From NCBI GenBank assembly GCA_965287045.1, contig OZ336882.1, positions 43,772,001-43,836,000 on the forward strand: a stretch of DNA of 64,000 nucleotides, read 5' to 3'. A program made the position numbers and the translations under genes. How positions within the stretch are numbered: the first letter of the stretch is position 1; the number at the start of each line of letters is the position of its first letter. Below, piece by piece: positions 25,011 through 38,100 of this stretch. Source of the DNA: Carcharhinus amblyrhynchos. Taxonomy: Eukaryota. The notes below the pieces were generated by a model that was given only the letters and a program-made list of their open reading frames with translations, had not been told where the DNA came from and searched no databases.

Positions 25011-25313
25011 CTTCAATGCTTTCAAATAATTTTTGCCACTGGAGGTTACAAGTTCATACCTATAATGTATTGGTCCTATGAAGGTAATAAAATCAATCAG
25101 CCAAAATGTCAATGTCTCTTAATGTTTTACTCATGTGACTGGCATAAATAATTGCATTTACCAGCGTCCTTGTGAACTGAACCCCATCTCTAACTCTGTT
25201 TTGTTTTCACAGATTGCCAATGTGTTTGCCAAAATTACATACCTTGGTTGTCTGGAAAATTAGAATTAGTTTTGTTTCTTCTTGAAATACACTGCGCATC
25301 CATCTGTTCAAAT
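25011..25313 (+). other. Candidate two-exon segment (25011-25083 and 25213-25313) of an unidentified transcript
   Basis: Long pyrimidine tracts with CAG acceptors, CTAAC branch point before the second exon, GAAG|GTAATA and AAT|GTAAGA donors. The single open frame of each exon is phase-compatible. No recognisable homology. Confidence 0.3.
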
Positions 25314-25926
25314 GTAAGAAATTGTTCAAAGCTGACCGGCATAGCTGAATTGGCATGAGCTTTGATCCATAATTACAAAATTGTTAGTTTTATTTATCCA
25401 TCAAAAAGGCAAGAAGGGACAAGAATTTAAAAAAAATAACAGCAGAATGTCAATTCAATTTACCAATAACCTTGGCTTTGTAGTCCATTGTACTGAACAA
25501 GCTGCTAAATTACATATCTGAGCCAAATCAGAAACCAGGCTTTGGTTTTAGCAATATTCTGCTTGTGATGCAGATTTCAGTTCTGAAATTATAGCATCAT
25601 ATTTTTTAAATCACTCCCCCTCTCCAATATACTATTTATGTATTCTAAATTTTTAAATTCTAATTTTTATGAGTGTTTCACAACTTTTTGTAATTTATAA
25701 TGGAGGTGTACATGGTCAATGCCAATTGCATCCAAAATATTTAAAGAAAATCTGCAGCCTGTGTTCCATTATACAGGCAAATCTCATCTTACAGAATTGG
25801 TTGGGACCAAGCTCTTTCCATAAGGAAGGATTTTCCTTAAGGCAAGTATTGTTCACCCTGGGCAGATTGGCAGCAACCAGCCTCTCACTCTGGTACGTAG
25901 ACAGGGACTAATTAGCTGGTTATTAT

Positions 25927-27015
25927 TGTAATGTCCTAACAATGTTAGGAGTTGAGGGTTGTAAACAAAAAGAAAAAGATATGGTTAGCACACCTAGATT
26001 CAGAATAATAACAAATTTATTGTAGGAGCTGTTGCCTGTACAGGGTAGAGAATGAACCTATGACAGGAGCCTGTGAAACACTTCAATGACTTCACCAACA
26101 ATTACTGTGACCAGCTGTTAAAGCTACTCATGCAATCACTTAAATATGTTACAGCCTTCCACTTTATCTCTGGTCATGACAACAAATCACTATGATGTTA
26201 TACATCAAACCAATAACATCCTAGCCACAGTATTATGCACCATTACATAGTCAATAAGAAAATCAATCAGGAGGATGTCTACTCCCCTTTGGTTATATAT
26301 GATGTTCTGTAATTTGGCTGTCCTTGACCCTAGAAGTATAATTCAGAACTTCTGTAGACACTTCTTCCCTTGGAACTAATTCTATGTGATTCTCATGTGA
26401 TATACTAGCATAGACACAATCATCAAACACCTCAGATTCAACTAAGGAAAGAAGTTGGTACTTCTGGAGATGATTCTGTGAAATCGTTATGAAATGATAA
26501 CAATTGGTCAGCGTGGTGTCACCAAACTAGTTCATCTTCAAGTTGAACCTTGAAAGAAGTTGTTTTTGCTAAAACTATGGCTTGTACCCATTTCTCACTA
26601 GTGGCATAATAACACGTTAATGCTCAATCTCTTTGTTGAAATGAGTGTTGTTTTGCCCTCACTTCTTGTCGAGTAACTTGAGGTTGTTGTTGATACTTTA
26701 CTCTCTCTGAAGTTTCTGGAGGTAATAACAAAAATGTCGTTCTCCACTTTCTGTTTAAGAGTAGATAACTCTGGAGAACTTTGGTAGTCGCGTATCTCTA
26801 AGATACCAAAAAGCTATTCATGCGACATGATAATAAACCTTGCTTTTTTGAAAATTTTAAAGAATGTTTCAAGAATAGTACAAATCTTTCAGGTAATCCA
26901 TTACTTGATGGATAATAAGGTGTAGATTTTATATGCTGAACACCATTTACTTTCAGATAATCTTCAAACTCTTGTGAAGCAAGATGTGAACCATTATCGC
27001 CAACAATCTTTCTGG
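25927..27015 (-). mobile_element. Gypsy LTR retrotransposon remnant: LTR (25927-26247) and integrase
   Basis: LTR ends TGTAATG...CATTACA. Minus translation gives DNGSHLASQEFEDYLKVNGVQHIKSTPYYPSSNGLPERFV and SFKVQLEDELVW*HHADQL. Confidence 0.88.
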
Positions 27016-27209
27016 GTTCTGGCTATTTCCGGGACTGGGCAGATAGCAACTATAGAAGACACAGATCCTAAAACATTCAGACTTGGCCTTGTTGTGAGAT
27101 CCAACCTCTTCCCTTCAGATACGGGAGCTTTCTTATTTAAAAATATTATGGGGAGAGTTGATGATCTGTTAATTTCTCAGCCTCATGTTTCCCCAACTGG
27201 ATTATGATT

Positions 27210-27354
27210 GGCCTGTCTGTCCCTGTCTTTGTCTTTAATCACTCTCACCTCGATGATCTGCCCAAACTTGGAGAAAACCTCTTCCAAGGATTCACTTTTG
27301 TTAAACGCAAAGGTTCTCCTTACAAGTCCACTCTCTCTGCTTTCCTTCACCACT
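27210..27354 (-). pseudogene. CIRBP: Frameshifted fragment of a CIRBP/RBM3-like RRM gene (probable processed retrocopy)
   Basis: SGEGK..(frameshift)..ESLEEVFSKFGQIIEVRVIKDKDRDR versus human CIRBP [40 protein letters not shown]. Confidence 0.72.
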
Positions 27355-28504
27355 TACTGAACAGGGAAGTGTGTGTTCACAGTAATTTATTGCAGTGTTA
27401 ATGTAAACTTACGTGTGACAATAATAAATAAACTTTTTAAACTTTAAGTGACATAGTTGAGGGGGCAGCTAGCGACAACTCTCAGTTTACAACCCAAACA
27501 CGTTTATTCCATAAAACCGGCATTTCAGGTAAAATGGTGCTACTTAAAAATGAGATTTCATAGAATCATACAACACAGAAGAAGCCCTTAGGCCCATTGA
27601 GTCTGCACCAACACATTGGAAACACCTGAACTCCCATCTAATCCCATCTGCCCACTTGGCCCATACCTCTGAATGTGTCAAGTGCTCATCCAGATACTTT
27701 TTGCCAGGATCTGATTTTAATATCTATTAATTCACCATGAACCGTACATCAGTTCACTATGAATCTACTTCACCCTGCTGGCATTTCCCAATTTCACCCC
27801 CACTTTTCTCATTCCTCATCCAGCCAACACTAAATTGTCAGACTGTTCGCTATGATTCCTCATTTCCCTGATTTTTTTTAAAAGAAAATAATAAATCTAC
27901 CTTACCCTTCCTATTTGGTAACTTATGCTCAGAACCTGAAAAAATTAAGGATCTTGGTTTATAATTTGTTTCACCATAGACTAGCATAAGCCTTGGCTTT
28001 TACGAAAATTTTGGTTGAAATATTGAAATATTCCTAATATATTATGGACATTTGGGCATTATTGGCATTAACAAATTAAAGCCCCAGTGTGAATTGACGC
28101 AGAAATATTAGATTCAATAAATCGCAAATGCATATCATTATTTTGTTGTAAAGTAGATATTTGCTATAGAATATGACATAATCACCATATAGGCATAATA
28201 ATACTGATAGTTTTGTGGCATCCCATGGGCATGATTTTTCCAGTCCCACTGAAGCCAATAGACTTTTGAATGGTTCACCACGTATTCTACTCTCATCGTA
28301 ATGTGATGAGCCAAAGGATTCTGCCCAATGTCTACACTGAAAAGGTCAATCAGATGCAAGGGCAATTAGCTCAGTACTAATATAAATTTTCAGCCTAAAG
28401 ACTTGATTATGTGACTATTTGAAGTGCAATCTGCTTAAATATTATTCCACTTCCATATGGAAATGTTAAATATGGTCATTTTCTGCTGCGACCAAAAGTA
28501 ACTT

Positions 28505-29280
28505 TGGGCAGAATTTAAAGTTGCTGACAGGAGTTTTGGCTTCCAGCTGGAGATCCGGTGGGAGATCCACGCTGAATCCAGAGGGGAGGGCACACTGCAA
28601 TTGCATTCCTATTAGGTGCTTAAGTGGCCAGCTGCAGGTCTTCCCCAGGATTTAGGACCCTGAGGTGGAAACCCTGCCCCACATTACTGATCAGCACCAA
28701 TAGGAGTGGTGGCTGCTGCCAGTAATGCACCCACTAGAGGCCTAGGGTCAATGAGAGACTCAGGTCACATGTGAGGGTGGAGTCAGGGCAGGGGAGGGGA
28801 GGGACTGCAGGGTGGGAGGAAGAAATGAGGTGTCCAGAAAGGACAGGTGGGTGACACTGAGTAAACCCTCCCCATCCCTATCCTTTCACAATACAGGGTT
28901 TTTTGATCAGGCATTTAGGCACCAAGTGCTTTTGAATGAGTGACCCTACCCCAAGCCAACATCACCCCACTACTCATGAAGCCCAATGGATTTCCCCAGT
29001 ATTGATTCCCTGCCCACTTGTGTTTGAAGGCTAGTAATGGTGGGATGAAGGCTTTAATTGGGTACTAATTAGTCACTCAAAGTCCTTATCATATCCAAAC
29101 AGGAAGGCCATCTACTACCCTTCCTCCCCCACTCCATACCCTCTCGCCCAATTAAATGCCACCTATCTCAAAATTGCACTGGGTTTGATGAGGTGGGGGG
29201 GAGTGGGGTGGGCTGGGGGGGGGGAGTGGGGTGGGCTGGGGGGGTGGAGTGGGGTGTGGGGGATGTCATTAAATCCTCCT
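28505..29280. mobile_element. Degenerate Harbinger-type non-autonomous element with a G-rich tandem tract
   Basis: Starts gggcagaatttaa and ends ttaaatcctcctc (degenerate TIR of the same class as the other MITEs). About three copies of a ggagtggggtgggctgggg-like unit at about 29195-29262. Confidence 0.5.
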
Positions 29281-29359
29281 CATTGTAATTGACTATGCTA
29301 AAAGTTTATTCTATCTTGTTCAGAACTAGTGGTTTAAAGTGATGTACCTGAAATAAAGC

Positions 29360-29492
29360 TTTGACAAAGAGTCATCCTGACTTGAAACTTTAGCTCTGTT
29401 CTCTCTGCACAGTTGCTGTCAGACCTGCTGAGATTTTCCAGCATTTTCTTTTCTCCTTTCAGATTCCAGCATCCGCAGTAATTTGCTTTTGC
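29360..29492 (+). mobile_element. Family-2 hammerhead-bearing tail fragment
   Basis: ttgacaaagagtcatcctgacttgaaactttagctctg..gctgtcagacctgctgagattttccagcat..ttccagcatccgcagta; core mutated. Confidence 0.7.
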
Positions 29493-29761
29493 CTAAAGAT
29501 TGTGCTCGCTATGAAAATGACATATTTTTGCTATTTGTTTACTGACAATAATGAAGGCTGGCAATGTTTTGAATGTTTTACCATCCAAAGGCAATCTTGT
29601 TGGAAAATGTCTGTAGTTCTACATTTCACTAATTATGTTGGCGTGAGGTTTTGATGTGACATCCATCCAGATGACAGCATAATCTGGTTTGAATTAAATG
29701 AAATATCACAAAAGGCCATGGAATTTTAACCATTAGTGAATTAGGAGTTTACTTTACATTG

Positions 29762-30330
29762 AAACAAAGAAACATAGAAGATAGGAGCAGGACAAGGCCA
29801 TTTGGCCTTTTGAGCCTGCCCTACGTTCATTACGATCATAGCTGATCATCCAACTCAGTAACCTAATCCTGCTTTCTCCCCATAACCTTTGATCTCATTC
29901 ACCCCAAGTGCTATATCTAGCCACCTCTTGAATACATTCAATGTTTTGGCATCAACTACTTCATGTGGTAATGAATCCCACAGGCTCACCAGTCTTTGGA
30001 TGAAGAATTGTCCCCTCATCTCCATCCTAAATGGTCCACCCTGTATCCTCAGACTGTGACCCCTGGTTCTGGACACCCCCACCATCAGGAACATCCTTCC
30101 TGCATCTACCCTGTCCAGTCCTGTTAGAATTTTATAGGTCTCTATGAGATACCCCCTCATGCATCTGAACTCCAGTGAAAACAATCCTAACCTAGTCAAT
30201 CTCTCCTCATACATCAGTCCCGCCATCCCCGGAATCAGCCTGGTAAACCTTCGCTGTACTTCCTTGAAAGTAAAAACATCCTTCTTCAGAAAAGGAGACC
30301 AAAATTGGACATAATATTCTAGGTATGGCC
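29762..30330 (-). mobile_element. CR1 3' fragment
   Basis: ORF 29855-30226 YEERLTRLGLFSLEFRCMRGYLIETYKIL..RTRGHSLRI; gaaacatagaa tail. Confidence 0.93.
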
Positions 30331-30787
30331 TAGAAGCCTTGAAGTGCTTTGAGAAGCCTCTTCACCATGTATAGTTTCACCCAAGCAAGTGACCACATCT
30401 CTGAGCCAAAATGGGAAGTTTCCACTGATTGCATTTATTTATCAACAGCCATCACATTGTGTCCAGGCACTCTGGCATGTTAATCAATCATTATTAGTTT
30501 ACATTCAATTTAAATTTGTAAACAGATCTATTCAAATGATCTATTCAATGTACCTAGACAACTGATCTGCCCTGAGTACATAAGAGTTGTGATCAGCATT
30601 CAGTCAGAGCCATGCAGATGTGTCCTGTTCTTTTGTAGCATTTAATTGAAGACAGCAGTGACAAGCAATAAATTGAAGCCGCTGAAAGGTAAAATCAAGA
30701 ACATTAAATTATCAAATTAAAGAACATCTCATTGCCCAAGATAACAGTTCTCACTGGCATACCAGACAATGCCCTGTTCAGTCACTA

Positions 30788-31215
30788 ATCATAAAATCCC
30801 TACAATGCACAAGGAGGCCAATCGGCCCATCAAATCTGCACTAATTTTCCGATAGAGCATCTTACCCAAAAACACCTATCTCCTATTTCATATATCTTAT
30901 CACCGTAACACCACATATTTATCCCATTCAAACCTCTAACTTACACTTCTTTAGACACTGAAGGGCAATTTAGCAAGGTCAATCCACATAACCTGCACAT
31001 CTTTGGACTGTGGGAGGAAACCGGAGCATCTGATTCAATTGGTCACAGCCATGATCACAATGAATGGCAGAGCAGGCTCAAAGGTCCAAATGGCCTACTC
31101 CTGCTTCTGTTTTCTAAACTTATGCAGATATGGGGGGAAGGTGTACACTACACATAGTCACCCAAGGCTGGAAACTAACCCTGGTCCATGACAGCACTAA
31201 CCACTATGCCACCCC
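30788..31215 (-). mobile_element. HE1/V-type SINE with an internal CR1 tail fragment (about 31045-31118, + strand)
   Basis: ggactgtgggaggaaaccggagca body interrupted by gaatggcagagcaggctcaaaggtccaaatggcctactcctgcttct. Confidence 0.7.
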
Positions 31216-32089
31216 TGAATCCCAACCAAATTCTACTTCACTGCACTGCATCACGGGGTGAGGGAGGATTGGAGGGTATTTTTGGGATTATGATAAGTAA
31301 ATTGTTTAGGAATCTCAGCAATTCCAGTTTACTGTCCAGTACACTCTGTGAGCATTTTTTGACTATGTCACAGTAAAAATACCCCACAATTTTTGCATTA
31401 AAATAAAAGTACAAATTTCATTTGAAAAATAAGTTATTTTCCAGGAAAAATAGTTTTTCTTTTACACTCAAAAGATGTTCAAAGGGAAAATGAAAAGGGA
31501 AGTTGAAGAGCCCAAGAGGAAGGATAAGAAGAGAATGGCAGCAAACATAAAAAAAATCCAAAAAGTCTGTCATCTGCATATAAATAGTAAAAGGATAGTA
31601 AGAGGAGGAGTGAGGCTGATTGAGATCTGAAATAAAGATCTGCAGATGAAGACAGAGGGTATAGCTTGAGGAAGACTTGGGAGAGGGACAATGAGAAGAA
31701 GGAAGTAAGCGAGGGAGTGAGAGGGGCTGTAAATTGGAGTGTCAGATAGGGAAGTGGCAAGCAGAAGAGTTGGTGAGCAGAAGGGAATCTGTGAGTGGGA
31801 GGGTTGAGGAGGGAAGCAGTGAGCAGGCCATAGAAAAGACAAATGCTGACAGAGATTTGGGCTCCAGGAACTGACACAAGTGAATTTTGGCTATTAATTT
31901 CACCTGATTAATCCTGTCAGTCTTGACTCCCAGCCATGTATTTCCTGTCATGGGTGGAGGAATCTACCAGTTCTTTATTATTGTGCTAAGGCGGCAGTAA
32001 ACCTCATTTAACCAATAGGATATGCGCAGCTGTGAGAGTTAAGTGGGAAGGATTTGATGGACTATTGTGCAGGTATGCCACTTAGAGGG

Positions 32090-32420
32090 AACACAAACTT
32101 AGACAAAGTGGGCAGAGAGAAATTGCTTCCATTGGCAAAAGGGTCATGAATCAGAAGACATAGCTCTAAGGTGATTGGCAAAAGAACCAAAAGCAACTTA
32201 AGGAAAATCTTCTTTTATACAGCAAGTGGCTATAATCTGGATTGCACTGCCTAGGTTTGATGGAGACAAATACAAACATGACTTTCAAAGAGAAGTTGAA
32301 TAAACACCTGAACATTAAAAAAAATACAGGTTTATGGGGAAAGGACAGGGGAATGAGGTGAGTTGAGCTGTTCCTGCAGAGATCCGACACCAACTCAATC
32401 GGCCTAAAGTTCTTTTGGAT
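32090..32420 (+). mobile_element. Degenerate CR1 3' fragment
   Basis: gacatagctctaaggtgattggcaaaagaaccaaa..atctggattgcactgcct..tttcaaagagaagttgaataaacac. Confidence 0.7.
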
Positions 32421-33614
32421 GGAGCTTTCAGTCGAGAGAATTCTACCTGTGAGGCATCCAGTAAACAAGTAGGTAATAATAAAATGGCCAGTGTGCAAGC
32501 CTAATGTCATCACACTGCCCTCCTTGCTCTACCCCTGTCCAAATGGATTTTGATTATTTGGGAAGACTACAGACCTTGGAAGCATTGAGAATGAAATTGG
32601 TCTTTGGTAATAGCACAAAATGGGTAATAATGCATTGGCAGATTATTTTACACATCAACAGATGTTTTTGCTTCTCTATTGAAATCAATGCAAAAGAAAA
32701 TCATGTTGTAGTAAAATAAGGTTGTTGATTTATCATTTTCCATCTCACATGATCACCAAAATCAACTTCCACCCCATTAGACTAGCAACTGTAGATGTAA
32801 TTGAAAAACTTATTCTAACCTATTCAGTCCTTACCTTATGGGGTGTGATATTTTTGCAACAGATCCCTTGAGGCTAGTGACTAAAATTTAGTATTTTTGT
32901 CTATTGCGGATGATTTATCACATTAATTTAACTTGGTGACAACACCTGTTGAGTTAAATTGAAAATGCTACCTATTTTGCAAGCTGTAAAGAATACTTAT
33001 TGGAATCCGGAACTCTCAGGTCTTTGGAGTTAAGTGTTGTTTTGGATTTTGAGTGTCTAAGTATCTCATACATTTAGAAGAAATAGACTTTGCAAGTGTG
33101 TTCTTTGCTGGGATATAATCCTGGATCAATGAACCTTCCTGCACATTGTAAGATTTGATCAGGAGTAACAGATTTCTCCAAGGTTTGTGTAAGCCACGAG
33201 CACTTAGTTGTTTATTGAGAAGAGATGATTCAAATACAACACATAATCAGAATAGACACATGACAGGTGAGAGTGTTTACTGGTCTTGGAAAGACAGATG
33301 AATCAGCCTGGTCTTCACTGCCTGCTATAACAATCTCTTCCATGCCTTTAGGTTGGTTGGGGTATTAAGTCCAAGCTACCTAAAAGCTCCTTTCTGCTGT
33401 CTGTGCTTTTTCCTTTACTTCATGTTTATTTACTTTAGTTTTTAGTGTTAGTATCACATGACAATCATTTGTTCTATTACATCTTCTGATACAATTACCC
33501 ATTATCAATGGACAGTTACCCAAAGGATACCCTCCCACTCCAGCACCTGGTCGATGAAATCACTCCTCTGCTTACGTCATGGAAGAACGTCTGGTTAATT
33601 TCATCCCATCATTC

Positions 33615-33902
33615 ACCACAGTAGCATAGTGGTTAGCACTGCTGCCTCACAGCACCAGAGATCTGGGTTCAATTCCCGGCTTGGGTCACTGTCTCTGTGT
33701 GGAGTTTGCATGTTCTCTCCGTGTCAGCATGCACAGGTGCTCTGGTTTCTTCCCACAATCCAAAAGGTGTGCTTGTGACGTGCATTGGGAATGCTAAATT
33801 CTCCCTCAGTGTACCCAGACAGGTGCTGGAGTGTGGCAACTGGGGGATTTTCACAGTAACTTAATTGCAGCGTTAATGTAAGCCAACTTATGACTAAAAA
33901 AC
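33615..33902 (+). mobile_element. HE1/V-type SINE (type B)
   Basis: Head plus ggattttcacagtaacttaattgcagcgttaatgtaagcc tail. Confidence 0.87.
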
Positions 33903-34689
33903 AAACTATACTTTTATCAATTTTGTTGGTTAAATAGTGGGCATAATGTTCTGCTTTATGAACCGTAGCAATGTTTACACCAAGGCCGGCTGTTCATTGG
34001 TTGGATAACAGTCTATCTGATAAAGAATATAAATCTATCTACCTAGAACTATGATTCTGTGTCAGACCTGGATGACAGAAAAATATTTCTCAATGGTGAA
34101 AGGGGCTGGGGGGTTTGGGGGGAGCAAGATCTCTTTCTTAAACATTCAATTAATTTCTTAATATTTAATAAGATCTCTAGATAAAGATTTGATACAACAC
34201 AGTGCCACCAGTACCAGCATTGTTCAACTCTTCATGCAGCCTTTAACAACTCAACCTCAACTAATAATCTGAGGTAATTTTCTTTGAATATTTTTAGAAC
34301 ATAGAACATAGAACATTACAGCACAGTACAGGCCCTTCAGCCCTCAATGTTGTGCCGAGCTATGTCCAATCCCAAGATCAAGCTATTTTCTGGCACTGAA
34401 AGTGGACCACACTTTAGATGTGAAGTCAATCAGGTGAAGTGACGTCAGGGTTGGGAATTTGGATACCAGGTAGTGGGGGAAGTGGACAGCTTTCCTGGGA
34501 CTAGCTGAGGACCTTGGAGCGGTAAGGGGAGGGATGACATAAGGACAGGGCTGTCTGGGGCACAGCTCATGGCAGTAGGGGATAATTTTCCTATCATTCA
34601 TTGGGGGCTCGCCTTTGGCAGTCTTTGCAGAGTGGAGGCAGTGTTCAGCTGGAGCATTGTTGCGATGCTTTAATTGTATTATGGAAAAG

Positions 34690-35150
34690 CCATAAGGTCA
34701 TTTAGCCCATCAGGTTTGCTCCGCCGTTCGATCATTGCTTATATGCTTCTTAACCCCATTCTCCCACCTTTTCCCTGTAACCTTTGATCCCCTTACCTAC
34801 CTATCTCTGTCTTAAATGCACTCAATAACCTGGACCCCACAGCCTTCTGTGGCAACGAATTCCACAGATTCACCACCCTCTGGCTAAAGAAATTCCACCT
34901 TATCCCAGTTCTAAAAGGTTGTCCCTTTACTCTGAGGCTGTGCCCTCAGATCCTAGTCTCACCTACTGATGGAAATGTCTTCCCCACGTCCACTCTATCC
35001 AAGCTTTTCAGTGTTCTGTAAGTTTCAATGAGATCCCCTCTTACCCTTCTAATCTCCATCATGTACAGACCCAGAGTCCTCAAATGCTCCTCACACATCA
35101 AGCCTTTCATTCCCAGGATCATTCTTGTGAACCTCCTCCGGACTCTTTTC
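34690..35150 (-). mobile_element. CR1 3' fragment (a separate (TAGAACA)n CR1 tail lies at about 34296-34365)
   Basis: gaattccacagattcaccaccctc (RVVNLWNS on minus) and gtttcaatgagatcccct (RGDLIET-like). Confidence 0.88.
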
Positions 35151-38100
35151 TAGCCACATCATTAGAATTATTTGGGCTTGACAATTTTGCTCATGGCATA
35201 GTTGCCTTTCTCCAGCATCTTTTGCTCAAACAGAAGGCATTTGCTAAATGTTTGAATCTTTGTTTTTTTCTTCTCTTTTCTAAATATTAATAAACAGCAG
35301 CCGAATTGCTTAAAGTCGGCTGCAAAGACACTGAAATCAAGTTGAGAATTTATCATTTCTATTAAAGTGATGCACTATTCACTGTACAGAAGTTGATTAA
35401 TGTTGTAATTTTCTAATCATAGTGGCAGTTACTGCTACCTTCACTCCAGACATCAGAAATATAATCCGTAGCATTAATTATATATCCAGAGCATTATGGA
35501 ACCAGAGTTCGATTCATTCATTTCTATAAATAAATGTTATATTTCAGCACAACATCAACTTCCATTCATAGCCCTCACAATTCAGTATTTACATGAGATA
35601 TGATTATCGTGTTGAGGGGCTTTTCCTTTCTCTCACTAAATTCTTACAATTGCCAAGGACCAACAGTTCTCAAAGCCCAGCAGCAGTCAGTAACAGAAAG
35701 GGCGCACTTGTAATGAGCTTTCTGTAAGGCCACATCAAACAAAATATATTCACCACAGGTTGATGACCAGTCAGTAAGCTCACATCTCATGTACTTAGAA
35801 AGCATTCGGATCCAGGGTACGCAGACACAATTTCGCCTCACTTGTCAAAAGCTAGAATTAATTAGCAGATAATTATGCAGACAAGCCTATAAATATCACA
35901 TTGGTTACGTACGAATTTCAAAGAGATCTCTGCATTAGATCTGACAGTCACACAGTAGGAATTTACAGCCCTGGCACATAGAGTGATAATCTATACTGAA
36001 AACTGATGCTTCATTTTGTCAAGTTGAATCAGATAAGAATTGTGAAGGTACAGGACAAAATCACTGAGCTGACATGAACCAGTATTCCTACCCTTAAGAA
36101 TACTGTAATTTATTTGCAAATCTAGCCAGAGAGTTTGATATGGACAATGGTTAAATGTAATGTTTCACTTTTCCCAGCAAATAAAGCCACCAAGTGTCAT
36201 AACACTACAGACTAAAATCTTCAATTGAGATGCACAGATGACATGTTAAGCATCAGGGGGGTGAAATTCATTCACGTAGTGCATCTTTTATTCACAGGGC
36301 AGGTTGTTACTTGCACAACACGTGCAGTATTTAGTAATAATTATGTGAAAGAATTTCTCCCCCAAGGATTTCCTTAATTATTTATATACAGGCTGTCTCT
36401 GCATTATGCAATTTTGGGACATTGTCAATAGCAGATATTAAGGATCATTTAAAATCTAGTTTTTATTCATTACTCTTGTGCTATCAATGCACACCATCTA
36501 CTTTTTCAGCAAAGCTGAGAGAGGTGACTTGATACCAACATAATCATCCAGTTTCATAACTTATATTAATACTTTGGAAGTAAATTTTAGTTTTCAGAAT
36601 TTAAGTGTTAAATGTAAAACAAATGCAATAGTCTGGTTAAGAAATTGATAAACAACCCTTATCTAAATACAAATCAAACAAGCCTGGGTTAATTATGGTT
36701 AAATGGGAACCTGTGTTTAATCAGTAAGATCAAAATAGAAGATGGAGTGTTATAAAATGGTAGCTGGACTCATTTAGCTGGACAGCAGAAGATTGAACAT
36801 TATGTGCCTTCAGTTAGCTTTTTTACCACAAGGGAAGGAAGGCACACAAAATAGGGCATGCACTCATCCCACCACCTTCCCCTCCATCCCTGAACTTAAC
36901 ACCACCCCCCCTCACACCCCAACATGAGGAGGTAGATGCTGAATTATACCATATTTAAATGAACAATTAAGAGTCAATTTGGCTTGTTATCAAGGAGATT
37001 AAAGGCCTTGGTGAGCTCGCTTCATCAGGGGTCCCAGCCATGGCCTGTGAAGCCTTCCTGGTGGTGACAGGACTAATGCATCTGCTGGCCAATCCAATTA
37101 GCCAGATGATCCAGGTGGCAGGAATTCAGTCCCAATGAGTGTAGATGTCCCATTTGGCCCTCATTAATCAGCCCCACAACACTTTATGACTGCTGGATGG
37201 GTTGGGTCAGCATGGACCATATTGGCTCTTCCGAATGTAATTTAAGTTTGTTTGCTTGGTTCAACCCGAAAGACTGACCATATTGGCTTTACACTAACAT
37301 GGTTTCCAAGCAAGGGAGGGTGGTGTGCCATTCTCCTCTCCTCTTCACCCCATGTTATTCAGCCCAGGGTGTGTGAGTTGTATTGCCCTGTCTTCATTAG
37401 AATGGTGAATTATTCATACAGCCCTCAGAGTCAAGAGATTTGGTTTTGAAGCTGAAAGATTAATTAACATAAACATCTATTGGACATCTCAATCAACCCC
37501 TGTTGCTACAGAGATGAGTGATTCCGGCTGGATCCTTGGTTGGAATTCTGGGACATTGTCTGGGGTGGTGGTTTCCAGGTGATCTTTAGGTTTGGAGCTG
37601 GAAGCACCCAATTTGGTGGCTGTAAGTTTGAATTCAGCAGACATTGAAAGAATCTGCCAACTGCTGTCAGCAGCTGCTGAAGGGAGTCGAAGACATGGAG
37701 CCATTTCATCCCTCCTTACTAGAGGGCATGACGATTTTGGGCTTTCTCATCTGGATTAATAACAAATTAGGGGATCTCAACCAAGGACCGGTTGTAACAC
37801 TATTGAGGGTATTTCACAAATGAAGGCAATAAGCATGTAAAACACACACTTGAGCTGGAGTTCCTATAATTTGAGGTGTTTAAGGAGTTGTGGACTGTCA
37901 TTTAGTTGGAGGTTAATGAAAGCTCATGCCTCAGTGGATAACAGGAACACTGAGAATTCCTGAGAGTTGTGGCACTTTGGCTCTGTCCTAGGAATGTGTC
38001 AAGAACTTGATAAGTAACTGTTACGTATCGACCAGCAGCTACCACAAAGAGATAAGTAATGAGGTGCCACACTAATGGGTTGCAGTAACAACACAATAAT

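Noticed and set aside
31479-31877. 132-aa Leu/Ser/Phe-rich ORF
   Set aside because: Product of a low-complexity purine tract read on the opposite strand.
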